This document shows positions 12,486-23,939 of a stretch of DNA of 64,000 nucleotides, one piece after another (positions within the stretch are counted from its first letter, which is position 1; every line of letters starts with the position of its first letter). The stretch comes from Chiloscyllium plagiosum (taxonomy: Eukaryota): positions 79,664,514-79,728,513 of the forward strand of contig NC_057718.1 in assembly GCF_004010195.1 (NCBI RefSeq). The letters run 5' to 3'. The notes under the pieces are model-generated. The model saw only the letters and a program-made list of their open reading frames with translations. It searched no databases and had not been told where the DNA came from. The translations under genes were made by a program, and so were the position numbers.

Positions 12486-13897
12486 CATTAGTGATTGATT
12501 TCTAATTTTTAAATACAGTATGTCCATTCTTCTTGATAAAAGTAAGATAAAGACTTCCATATTTGTAACTGTTAGTATCAAATGCTGTGCACTGTTATGA
12601 ATTTGGGTCTGCTGTAGATACTACCCCAGCTTCAACAGTATCAATCACTTCCTCCAAGTGGTCTGAAGTATGGGAGATGAGTAATGCTGTCTTATATTTA
12701 TTTAAATGATAGTGAGATCCAGGAAACAATAATAAAATCCCTTGGCAATCTGGATTGGATATCTGTACCAGTTGCATGCGTATTTCTTAAATCTCTCCAT
12801 TGTGGACCAGCTGAACTGATGATGCAAAACTTGGGGTGGAATTTAATCTAAATGCTGTTACTCTCAGCTGCCAGCGAAAAATCTAGTGAGAGCCTCCTAT
12901 GGGAAAATTCACCTCTGAGAACTGTCAGCCAATCAATGATGCCTACTGCTCATAATGCACCGACCAGAGATTCAGGATCATTGAAGGTCCGAGCCCAATA
13001 ACATAACAAGGCTCCCAACATGGCAAAGTTCCTGCCCAACTCTCGTTCAATACCAGAGGAGACTGAAAAAAGCACTTAATTCTATATTAAATGTCCATTT
13101 AAGAATGTCAATTGAAGTTGAGATGGGAATGGAGATATTAACCTTCCTGTTCCATTTTCATCCAGGGTGAGAGGATGAAGGACTCCCCATTCCACACCCT
13201 CTGGCTGAATAAATGTTTTGACCGTTAAACTCACCTGAGGAAAGATCTTTAGATTTTACCCTTGGTTTCAGTCATTGGCCTGCTTTATGTCACAGTGCCC
13301 TATATGTGTCATTTGAAGTCACTGAATACATTTGTGTAGTAATACAAAATAAAGAATATACAATATTATCCTTGTTGAGTTGGCTTATTTATGTTCAACA
13401 GAACACTCTTTAATTTTGTTGATTAGGCCTAAATGAAGTGTTTTGGGAATTTCTTATATTAAAAGTGCTTCTTAAATGCAAATTGTTGATGTTATAGAAC
13501 AAAAATAATTGTAGTAGTAATTATCTCTGATTCTTGACATGCAGCTCAGAGCAGCATGTTTACATTGATATCTATGTTTTTGCATTGATATATCAAAAAG
13601 TAGAAATAAGAGACCAAATGTTTGGTTAAGGCTCAGTTTCATGTAATTTTATGGAGACCTTCTCTCTTAGATATTCAACGTGCTCAATCATCGCATCTTA
13701 CCAAACTCGCCATATAAACTACTTATGAGCCAGTTCTTGTATGATTCTAGCCCCATTCTTCACTCACTGTACCCAGAAATACTTACCACTGCTGGAATAT
13801 CCCAGATGGAGAGGCTCACACCATCTTTCAAAGCTGGTTGTGCACAGAGAAAATCACTATCAGTCCAGAACTGTCCTGCATGGGTCCTGAGATTTGC

Positions 13898-14100
13898 ACT
13901 GAAAATGTGTTGCTGGAAAAGCGCAACAGGTCAGGCAGCATCCAAGGAGCAGGCGAATCGACGTTTCGGGCATGAGCCCTTCTTCAGGAATCATGCCCGA
14001 AACATCGATTCTCCTGCTCCTTGGATGCTGCCTGACCTGCTGCGCTTTTCCAACAACACATTTTCAGCTCTGATCTCCAGCATCTGCAGTCCTCACTTTC
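13898..14100 (+). mobile_element. PLE-derived hairpin mini-element (family B)
   Basis: The 13-bp TSD tcctgagatttgc lies at 13885-13897 and 14101-14113. Arms are 13899-13976 and 13991-14068, followed by a ~32-nt tail. Confidence 0.88.
13955..13992 (-). ncRNA. Minimal hammerhead ribozyme, intact core
   Basis: The minus strand reads gattc-CTGAAGA-a-gggc-tcat-gccc-GAAA-cGTC-gattc. Confidence 0.78.
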
Positions 14101-14117
14101 TCCTGAGATTTGCCCCA

Positions 14118-14848
14118 GACAAGGCAGAGAAGGAACTTTGGCACCTTGCTTTGTGGGCAGAATCTTCGAGGTCCTGAAGGTTGAGGTGGCACAGTCTGGG
14201 ACTTCTTCCACCAGGATTAGCAGAGGAGGCCATGACTGCTGACTGTGCCACCTGACTCAGTGTAATCTCAGTCATTTGGAGGACTTCCCAGCCATATAGT
14301 AATATGGTAAATGACCTTCTCCATTCATGAGTATAACTGGCACCTTCTTTGCTCTGATATCTCACGCTCACTCTAATTCTGCTACTGTACTCAATTTCAC
14401 CGAGACTCAAGTTCTACCACTCTCACAATTGCATGCTATGTCTTACCTCACTCACTTTCCTGAAGAAGGGCCTGTGCCCGAAACGTCGAATCTCCTGTTC
14501 CCTGGATGCTGCCTGACCTGCTGTGCTGTTCCAGCAATAAAGTTTCAACTTTGATCTCCAGCATCTGCAGACCTCACTTTCTCCTTACCTCACTCACTAT
14601 CATCCATCCCAATCCCCGACACCACTAACACTGTATGCCCTCTATAATGCCTACTCATTTGCCCAAAACACATCTCCACCTGCATCAAAGGTAACAGTTG
14701 TACCTACTTTATTTGCCTTAATACCTGCCTCTCTCTCATTCTAAGAAGAAAACATCCCACAAAGAGCAGGAAGAATCAAGATGGGTAGTGGGCTGCCCAA
14801 TATTCAGTTTTTAACCCTTTATACAGAGAGGATCTTGACTCTGACCAC
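14118..14848 (+). pseudogene. Decayed Myb/SANT-like ORF of a PIF/Harbinger-type DNA transposon, in two segments (~14118-14330 and ~14743-14848)
   Basis: The frameshifted pieces LAPCFVGRIFEVL / QRRP / SVISVIWRTSQPYSNMVNDLLHS and KKTSH / RIKMGSGLPNIQFLTLYTERILTL resemble the Myb_DNA-bind_5 (NAIF1/MSANTD-like) pattern APRF...LEVL...RT..QC...NDL...KTGGG...LT..EER.L. Confidence 0.55.
14457..14583 (+). mobile_element. 127-bp PLE terminus insertion (family B) that begins at an intact hammerhead ribozyme
   Basis: The 15-bp TSD cttacctcactcact lies at 14442-14456 and 14584-14598. The element starts ttc-CTGAAGA-a-gggc-ctgt-gccc-GAAA-cGTC-gaa. Confidence 0.88.
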
Positions 14849-17496
14849 CCCAAGTGGCTGACTGACTATCTCCAAGCCCTTGGACAGATCTCAGATGTTG
14901 TCCTTGATCTACTGTAGGTAACAACATGCCTAGGTGTTAACAAAGATGACAAAAAGATAACACTGAAGGCTCTTTAACTAAATGCATGTAAGATGCATAA
15001 CAAAGTAATAAATAAATATTAACTGGTAGTCATTATGGGACATGGCTTCAGTATGACAAAGATTGGGTCCTGAATATTGGGAGACATATGACATTCAAGA
15101 AAAACAGGAAGCCTGATAAAAATGGAGAGGTAACACTGTTAATAAAGGACACATTTGCGCAATAATTAGAGATGACATTAAGAAATCAGGATGTATAATT
15201 GGTTTAGGTGAAGATGAGCAATAGTTGGAGAAATAAGACACTGCTGCAAGTTGTTGACAGGCCCTCTAACAGTAATCACAATGTGGGACAAGGTATATAA
15301 GAAGAAAGAAGTATGCTTACGTTGCAATAATCATGGATGACTTTAAGCTACATGTAAACTGGTAAAAATCAGATTGACTGTAGTATGCTGGACAAGGAGT
15401 TCATGGAATGCTTTTGAGATAGTTTCTGACAGCAGTACATTTGGAACCAAGCAGAAAGCATGTTACAGGAGACTTGATATTGTATAAATTCTCAGAATTA
15501 ATTAATGACCTCTAAATGAATTTTAAGACCACTCAATAAGTATATTCCTACTACAAAGAAAAGTTCTAAAGGAAAGATCCATCATTGAGGTTAACCAAAG
15601 TGGTTAGAGAAAGCTTCAGACTTAAACAATAAGCATATAACTGTGCACAGATGAGTGGTAGGTCAGATGATTGGTCACAATATAAAGAAAGGCAGAGAAT
15701 GACTAAAAGGTTAACCAGGAGAAAGAAATTACAGTATGAGAGGAAGAAATCTATGATTGTAAAAACAGAAAACAGGAGATCTTATATGTACTTAAAAAGG
15801 AAAAGAATAAGACAAATATGTGTCCTCCAAACAGTGAGAACAAGGAATCAACGCTAGATAATAAGGAAATGGAAGATGAAATGAAAAAATATTTTCCTTT
15901 TGTCTTCAATACAGTGATGCAAAAAGAATTCCAGTAATGGCTATAAAACGGAAGATCTTTGTGGAATTACAATCGTGAGAGAAGCAGTACTAAGCAAACT
16001 TGCTGAGCTGATAGCTCTCTGGTGCAGATGGTCTTCATCATATGGTCTTAATAGCAGTTGCTATTGAGGTTATGGATGTGTCGGTGTTAATTTTCCATAA
16101 TTCTCTAGGTAGAGCAAAGTTTTCAATGGACTAGCAAGTTTCAAATATGGCCCCTTTATTCAAGAATGCGATGAGGCTGAAAATAGGAACCTATAAGCCT
16201 ATAAACCTTTACATCGTTTATGGGAAAGAAGTAGAAGTAATCATTAAAGAGGTTGTAGCTGCACCTTTAGAAAAATTCAAGGTAATCAAGAAAAGTCAGT
16301 ATGGTTCACCAAAGTGAAATCATCTTTCCTCAATTCACTGGAATTCTTTGAAGGAGTGATACATACAGTCGATAAAGGAGAGCCCGCCGACATACACTAC
16401 TCGCATTTCTAGGAGACATTAATCATAGCAGAAAATAAAATCTCATAATGTAGGGGCTAAGTTATGGAATGTATAGAAGATTACCTGTTGCAAGTAATTA
16501 GATACTATACATCAACGAGTCTTTGACTGATTGGCAGAATGCAATGAGTGGAGTTCCATAAGGATTTGTGCTGGGGCCTCAAACTTTTACAATTATATCA
16601 ATGACTTGGATGAGGGGAGTTAAACCATAGTAGATGGTACAAAGATAGGTAGGAAAGTATGGATGAACAAGGCAGGACATTATAGATATAGATATAATGA
16701 ATGAATGGGCAAAAATCTGACCGGTAGAGTATAATTGGGAAAATGTGAGGTTGTTCACTTTGGCAGGAAGAATTAAGAAGTATAGCTTTAAGTACAGAAT
16801 GACTGCAGAATTCAAGCTACAAAGGAATTTATGTGTTCTTATGCATGAGCAAATTGTTAGAAAGCAGGTATAGCGTGAGCAATTCATCAACTTCACCAAC
16901 ACATTCCACCCTGACCTTAAATTTACCTAGACCATCTCTGACACCTCCCTCCCCTTCCTGGACCTCTCCATCTCCATCAGTGATGACCGACTTGACACTG
17001 ACATTTTTTACAAACCCACCAACTCCCACAGCTACCTGGATTACACCTCTTCCCACCCTACCTCTTGCAAAAATGCCATCCCGTATTCCCAATTCCTCCG
17101 CCTCCGCCGTATCTGCTCCCAGGAGGACCAGTTCCACCACAGAACACTATGCAACCAGGATTGCGTGGGCAGAACATCGCACCAGTTCCCTGTCCTCCAC
17201 ATACATGAACAGTCAGCGACTGGGTCGGCTTCAAAGCTCCACTGAGTGCAGCCGTGTCACCAGATCACGCGAAACAGACGTGCATTTACCAAGCCTTTCA
17301 GAACCACACAGATGTCTCAAAAGTGTTTCCCAGCCGATTATTCAGCTCCAGGATTCTATACCACCCAGCAGTCAGTTCGCGCGCAGTCAGCTCCCTTGGC
17401 GCTGACCCCCCCGACAGTGCCGTGCCCCCCCTCAGCACCAGAATAAGCCTGACTGGAATTTCGGCCCTCACTATGGGTGCGCTGAGTACCACTTAC

Positions 17497-17663
17497 TCTT
17501 TCGAGGACTGTAACTTGATGAGGTAGTGAGGACACAGCAGGGCAACTGCTAACAGCAGCAGAGCGAAGAGTACAGCTCCCGTGAGAGAAACCGTCAGCAC
17601 CCCCAGCATGGCAGCCAGGGTGAAGGTAAGGGTGACCACCAGGTAACAGCGAGGGGTGATTGC
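17497..17663 (-). pseudogene. PIGC: Isolated internal coding exon of PIGC (GPI-GlcNAc transferase subunit C) with flanking intron, captured inside a Penelope-like element
   Basis: The minus strand reads tctctattctcttgttgtccag|GCAATC...TCGAAAGA|gtaagt: polypyrimidine tract plus AG acceptor, a perfect GTAAGT donor, 167 nt, phase 0 to phase 2. It translates to [55 protein letters not shown](E/D). This aligns without gaps to the vertebrate PIGC C-terminal region as I recall it ([56 protein letters not shown]). No other PIGC exon was seen in the window. Confidence 0.88.
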
Positions 17664-17867
17664 CTGGACAACAAGAGAATAGAGAGACAGAAAGAGATAC
17701 CATTAACTGAGAACTGGCTGATCAACACACCAGCTGCTTCTAATATCTGCACCTGGCCATACTCTTCATCCCTAGATTAACCAGTGCTGAGCTGTACAAC
17801 CATTATAGCAGGGGAGGAGTGGGTGTGCTAAGGATCTTATCTCTCCACACTTCAGGCTCTCTGCCTT

Positions 17868-17903
17868 TATTCCTGATGAAGGGCTTTTGCCCGAAACATC
17901 GAT
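17868..17903 (+). ncRNA. Minimal hammerhead ribozyme motif in the PLE terminus (stem III altered by CpG decay)
   Basis: ttc-CTGATGA-a-gggc-tttt-gccc-GAAAcatc-ga. Core and stem II are intact; GAAACGTC has become GAAACATC. Confidence 0.7.
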
Positions 17904-19052
17904 TTTACTGCTCCTCGGATGCTGCCTGAACTGCTGTGCTCTTCCAGCACCACTAATCCAGAACCAGGTATAGCTATGTAGTCAAGAAGGCTAATGGGAT
18001 GCTATCCTCAGTTCTGAGAAAAATTGAACAGAAAAGTAAGCTATACTTCAATTATTCAGGACTCTGAATGAGACCATTCAGAGACCATATCTCATACAAT
18101 GTGCACTTTTAGGTCTCCTTATTTAAGTAAGAATGCAAATGCATTAGATCCATTCAGAGGAGGTTTGCTCGATTGATATCTGGAATAAGTATGAGGATAG
18201 GTTGGGAAGGCTGGCTTGTTTCTGCTAGAATTTCAAAGAATAGGAGATGAGTTGATTGAAGTGTATAAGATCCTAAATGGTCTTGACAAGTTGTATGGCG
18301 AAAGGATGTTTCCCCTGTAAAGACTATGGTTGTTTTAGTTTTGTGCTTTTCAAGACTATGGACAGAAAGGAAAAGGAAATGTTTAAAAACTAAAGATTTA
18401 CAAGGATGGCTGCATGTTTTGAAAGCAAGGAATTTGGTCCCTGTTGTTAACTCTGTTTGTGAAGCTGCAAATTCCAGTGATATGTATTTGAACTAGAGCC
18501 AAATTGCCATTTACTACTGAAGCTGTTTGGTTTGTGTGGTGGGGACCAATTATCAATGTGAAAAAAGGTTCTCCACATTCCAACAACTATGTGATTAGTT
18601 TTCAGATGGCTGAACAGTTTGGGCTATGAACAAGACAGAGAGAAGCTAGTCTTGACCAGAAGAGAAACCAGCAGATCTGCAGCAGCCAAAAAGCTATCTC
18701 TTTTAGCTTTCTGTAGTAAGTTCCTTCTGAAGAGGATCAGATCACAAACTTATCTTTCTTTCAGAGGGTGCAAGTTATAACTTTGAATTGAATAAGTCAG
18801 AGACCTTTCACAAATGAATCAGCCACTCTATGCCTCCTGCAAACTAAAACTTTCAGAAAAAGGTCAAGGAGAAACCATGGATTCAGTAAGAACCAATCCA
18901 ACAGATCTTGTGAACAATAACTGTTTTTCCAGTTATACTTCTGACCATTTATTTTCATTCATTCCCCGTTTAATGCTTTCTGTATGTGTGTGTGTAAAGG
19001 GCTTTATAGTTTTAATTTGTAGGAGTTACTTAACTTAGTTTAAAATATAGAA

Positions 19053-19158
19053 GGAAAAAGTGAGGACTGCAGATGCTGGAGATCAGAGCTGAAAATGTGT
19101 TGCTGGAAAAGCGCAGCAGGTCAGGCAGCATCCAAGGAGAATCGACGTTTCAGGCATG
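19053..19158 (-). mobile_element. PLE terminus (family B), truncated within hammerhead stem II
   Basis: Near-identical to the reverse complement of 13992-14100. Confidence 0.8.
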
Positions 19159-19734
19159 GCTTTTAAAATTAGGGATCATCCTTTCAGGAGAAAGATTAGG
19201 AGTTTTTTTTCTCTTGCGTGTGACTTTGAAACTCTCTGCCTCAGAAGGCAAGAAAGAGGAATCATTGAATATATTAAGACAGGGGATACTTTCTTGTTTG
19301 GCAGGGAATCGAGTGTTATTGAGACTAGAAATGTATTTGGAATTCAAAACACAAATTGGACATTATCTTATTAAATGTCAGAGGGCTAAAGGGGCCAAAT
19401 TGTCTACTTCTGCACCTATTTCAAAAGCGGGTTTGTTCATAATTCTTCTCCTTTAAGCCTTTTTGCATTGCTTTGCTTGACTATCTTCCGGTGTTTCTTT
19501 TTAAAAGCCTGACTTTTGATCAGAAGGAACAATGCTGCCCCCACCACCCCTAAAGCATATTCCACCTCATGTATTAACAGTGTGTACTGGATCCAGGTGA
19601 GCAGCAATCAATTGCTGGCGTGACAATATTATTCACTGCCCGCAGGGATGATCATTTCTGCTGCATATTTTGCTGTTCTATGAAAGCTTTAACATTTTTT
19701 TTAAAAAAAGCTCATTTTAACATACCAGTCAATG

Positions 19735-19908
19735 AGCTGCCCCCTCATTAGAAACTGGTGATGGTGTAACCTAAGGGTCACCATGCCTCAAACAGCAGGA
19801 GAGGTTGAGAAGGAGAAACTTTCACAGTAAACTCAGCAAGTGTAGGAATTGAACCAACACTGTTAGCATTACTAACTAGCCTTCCAGCTAACTGAGCTAA
19901 ACTGACTC
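19735..19908 (-). mobile_element. Decayed tRNA-derived SINE
   Basis: The reverse strand shows A-box and B-box-like tagctcagttagc...ggttcaattcc. Confidence 0.45.
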
Positions 19909-20029
19909 ATGACATTACCTCATGTCTAAATCTTTTCAGTGGAAATATATCTAGAAATATGACACATACATCATTTGATCCAACAGACAAAGAGCAAATC
20001 CTTTGATCCATTAGAGTTACTACTAAATC

Positions 20030-21360
20030 CTTGCAAGAGGATTCTCAGTAAGGCTAAAATCAAGTAGGACGAAAGCATAGCCATGTGCACCCGTACTGGC
20101 CCCAGCTATGCCTGTCTCTTTGTTGGCTACATAGAACAGTCTATCTTCCGTAGTTACCACCGGCACCACTCCCCACCTTTTCCTCCGCTACATTGATGAT
20201 TGCATTGGTGCCACCTTGTGCTCCCATGAGGAGGTTGAGTAGTTCATCAACTTCACCAACACATTTCACCCTGACCTTAAATTCACGCTGACCATCCCTG
20301 ACACTTCACTTCCCTTCCTGGACCTCTCCATCAACGACGACCAACTCAACACTGACATTTTTTTACAAACCCACTGACTCCCCCAGCTACCTGGATTACA
20401 CCTCTTCTTATCCTACCTCTGCAAAAATGCCATCCCGTATTCCCAATTCCTCCGCAGTATCTGTTCACAGGAGGACCAGTTCCACCACAGAACATACCAG
20501 ATGGCCTCCTTCTTTCAAGACCGTAATTTCCTCTCCCACGTGGTTGAAGATGCCCTCCAACGCATGTCATCCATGTCCTGCACCTCCGCCCTCAAACCCC
20601 ACCCCTACAACCACAGCAAGGACAGAACCGCGCCCCCTCCCCCTCCTCCCAACCCACCAACCTGTGCATAAACCGCATCATCCTCTGACAGTTCTGCCAA
20701 CTACAAATGGACCCCACCACCAGGGATACATTTCTCTCCCCACCTCTATCCAATTTCCGCAAAGACCGTTCCCTCTGTGACTACCTGGTCAGGTCCACGC
20801 CCCCCCAAAACACCACACCCCCCCCCTGCCCCCTTCCNNNNNNNNNNNNNNNNNNNNNNNNNNNNNNNNNNNNNNNNNNNNNNNNNNNNNNNNNNNNNNN
20901 NNNNNNNNNNNNNNNNNNNNNNNNNNNNNNNNNNNNNNNNNNNNNNNNNNNNNNNNNNNNNNNNNNNNNNNNNNNNNNNNNNNNNNNNNNNNNNNNNNAT
21001 CTCCCACCTCGGAACATTTTAGCCCCAGGGCATCAATGTGGACTTCACTAGTTCCTTCATTTCCCCAACCCCACCTTACCCCAGTTCCAACCTTCCAGCT
21101 CAGCACCATCCTCATGACCTGTCCTACCTGCTAATCTTCATTCCCACCTATCTGCTCCACCCTCCTCTCTGACCTATCACCTTTATTCCCACCTCCATCT
21201 ACCTATTGCACTCATAGCTACCTTCTCCCCAGCCCCATCCCCCTCTCATTTATCTCTCCACCCCTGAGGCTCCCAGCCATATTCCTGCCCGAAACATTGA
21301 TTTTCCTGCTCCTCAGTGTTGCCTGACCTGCTGTGCTTTTCCAGCACCACTCTAATCTTA
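20030..21360 (+). mobile_element. 5'-truncated Penelope-like element (RT with YIDD, gap, 3' terminus)
   Basis: The 11-bp TSD actactaaatc lies at 20019-20029 and 21361-21371. 'cgctacattgatgattgc' encodes RYIDDC. The terminus is like 17837-17964, with the hammerhead core partly deleted. Confidence 0.88.
20838..20998. other. Assembly gap (N run)
   Basis: Run of n. Confidence 1.
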
Positions 21361-23939
21361 ACTACTAAATCTACCAATGTACAGTATTCACATGTTTGCT
21401 GTGAAGTAATTTATTTACCCAGCATATAACCCCAAATGTTCAGAAGATCCAAGTTCAAGTCCCCCCTGAGTGTATCATGGCATGTCTAAAGAGGTTGATT
21501 TAAAATAACTATTACCCAAATGTTTTTCTAGCTCCTTGGGAAGCTCTGAAGTTTTTTTAAAAAATCATTATTCTAAGTGCCTTCCTAGGTTAGGGTATCA
21601 AAACTCTACAGGACTGCAAAGTTTTCATTTCTCACCAATGAGGAAACATTTTGTGTTTATGTGGAAGATTTTAGAAATTTCTTTCACACCGAGACGAGCA
21701 GTACTCTTATTCCTACAGGGAAGACTATGAAAGAAATAACTAGCCTGAAGAGCTTAGTGTTCCTTTTAGCCAATCTATGCATTCTCTGTGTAGTACATGA
21801 TGTGTAACACATGGAAATAAATCAGTGCCAAATAAATGCTCCCTATAAATGAGGATTCGAATTAACAGAGTGCCCATTAACTGAAATGTATTATAGAAAA
21901 AAATCAATATACTAATCAAAAGATAGAGCAAAATATATCTAGATAGTTTTAAATCCAAATATCAACATTTATCGTGATCAATACAGGTTATTGATTGAGG
22001 TATACTTATATCTAGAGTTTAAAGTTGTGAAATAATCATATTGAAGATTTCAATCAATGCATGGAAATTGCTTAATGCAATGTGATCCAAGGGAATAGGA
22101 TATCATCAGTAGGTTTCATACTTAGATTGGCTCTGCAACTGAGGAGGTGAAGGCATTAAAGCTCAAGTAGAATTTGAAAAGGTCTTAAATACATCAGTTC
22201 ACAAGATAAATCCAAAATTGAGAACAATTAAATATATCCTGAGAACAGACATGCTGTTAAATTCAAAGAATCACACTCTCAGTGTTGATTGCTACTTAAA
22301 AATGAAAATAAAATATAATTGTTTAAATAATAGAGTCGGTGAAACATGATGGGCTGAATGGCCTCCCTCTGTATTGTAATAATTCTGAGATACTGTGATA
22401 TAAATATGGAAGGCAATACGGGTCGTGCCTGGCAGAGTAAGACCATTCTGCACCCCGATATCTCGTTCTTCCTGGCTCTTTTTCTGTCGAGCCCATCTAT
22501 ATTCAGTTCCCAAATGTTTGCACATACCTCTCTGAATTATGATATCATTTCCAACATTACTCTCTGAGCCCTAGCCCTGAAGTTTATTCACACCAACCAT
22601 ATGCTGCACTGTCACCCTGTCAACATCAGGACGGTTGTGATTGTTAATGACCCTGCTCCTACAGTAACCTATATCTCCAGTATCCCTTTTACAATTATTT
22701 TCCATTCTGCATCCCAACACGGTATCTCCAGTTCTCATAATTAAGTTCCTCTACTTCCCTACCATAGCAGTGGCTCTTGATAACCACCCTCTCCCCATCG
22801 TTCATTGAGCAGACCCTCAAGGACTAATCATGGCACACCTCCCTGCACAACCAACTTGACAGACAGCCCCAACTGATATGTGACTGATTAACTGTGACTC
22901 CTCAGATTGGTTGCACTGGACTCAAAGCACTGACTGCGGCCCATTCCCTAGACTGTAGCCAAAGTGGCCAAATGGCAACGTCCAAACATCTGGACTGATG
23001 GCGGATGCTGCTGTTGACTCACTGTGCTGGGACCCTCTTACTAAAGGCTGTCTCCTTGGCCTGTGTGTTGTGTAAGAAGCTGACACATGGTGCGGGTGTG
23101 AGGTTGATGTAGCATGGTACTGTACAGCAACAGGTTCACCAATTTGATTGCTCATTGCTCATAACCATGACAAGCTGCCTGACTTTATGTATGTACTAAA
23201 AGCAAAGATAAGACAGAAATATTGTGAGCCTTTAAACTCTTGACTTGGGCAAAGCACAAAACATGATGCTGTGAGCATCCAGGGATACAAAGTGAGCTCC
23301 TTCTGCTCACTAGAGAAATTGTCATCTCGCTGTTCAAACCTTAGGTGGCAAATCAATTGCTTGGTTCTCACCTATGAAAACATTATTTCGACCAATCACA
23401 CCCTACTTTTCAAAATAAATTGCCAATGCCTACATCGTTCATGGGCTCAGATGATTCTGACATATGCATAGCACCTTACAAATTGAATGTTTTGACCGGG
23501 TCATGATCACAGACTAACTGGATGGCTCATACTGCTATGGAAAGGAATTTTGACATAACAAATTAAAGAGCAATAGTAATAGGTAGCAAGATGACATTGC
23601 TGGCCAAGGAAGATCTGACATTGGCTGTAGAACTCATACTGTCACTCTGATTATGAATAAGCAGCAATACACACTTGATATCGGACCTGGGAGCTTCAGG
23701 CCTGCCCAGGCTGAGCTGAATAATTGCTAAAAGTTAGGTGTAATATTTATGATGAAAAAGAATAACCCTGTTGCATTATTTTCTGCAATTATTTGCACCT
23801 ACAATTATCTGTGTTAAACATACTGTCCCATGTTTGCGCTCAGTTCCAGGTAAGACATTGAGCAAAACCATCCTCTGCTATTGCTCAATGTCTCCTTGCG
23901 CAGCTTTCCTTTGAAGCAGTGCTCTGTTCTGTATATTGT

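Larger units (their letters stand above)
16875..17964 (+). mobile_element. Chimeric Penelope-like element: RT/thumb fragment (16875-17147), captured DNA (17148-17836), 3' pseudo-LTR with hammerhead motif (17837-17964)
   Basis: The 10-bp TSD caggtatagc lies at 16865-16874 and 17965-17974. The 5' part encodes FINFTNTFHPDLKFT*TISDTSLPFLDLSISI...FYKPTNSHSYLDYTSSHP...PYSQFLRLRRIC and closely matches 20243-20494. The 3' part matches 21250-21355. It interrupts a CR1. Confidence 0.9.
14965..19420 (+). mobile_element. Old CR1 LINE ORF2 (endonuclease plus RT), interrupted by the PLE chimera (16875-17964), an LTR-like segment (~18317-19040) and a PLE terminus (~19053-19158)
   Basis: Decayed CR1 motifs include the endonuclease region at 14965-15500, 'agtggagttccataaggatttgtgctggggcctcaa' (SGVP*GFVLGPQ), 'ggagatgagttgattgaagtgtataag', and a 3' UTR at 19160-19420. 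Confidence 0.75.

Noticed and set aside
16833..17703. ORF-track frames 16833-17405 (+, 190 aa) and 17356-17703 (-, 115 aa) as genes
   Set aside because: They are off-frame readings of the PLE fragment and of the PIGC exon. The meaningful frame is defined by the splice sites and is not in the track.
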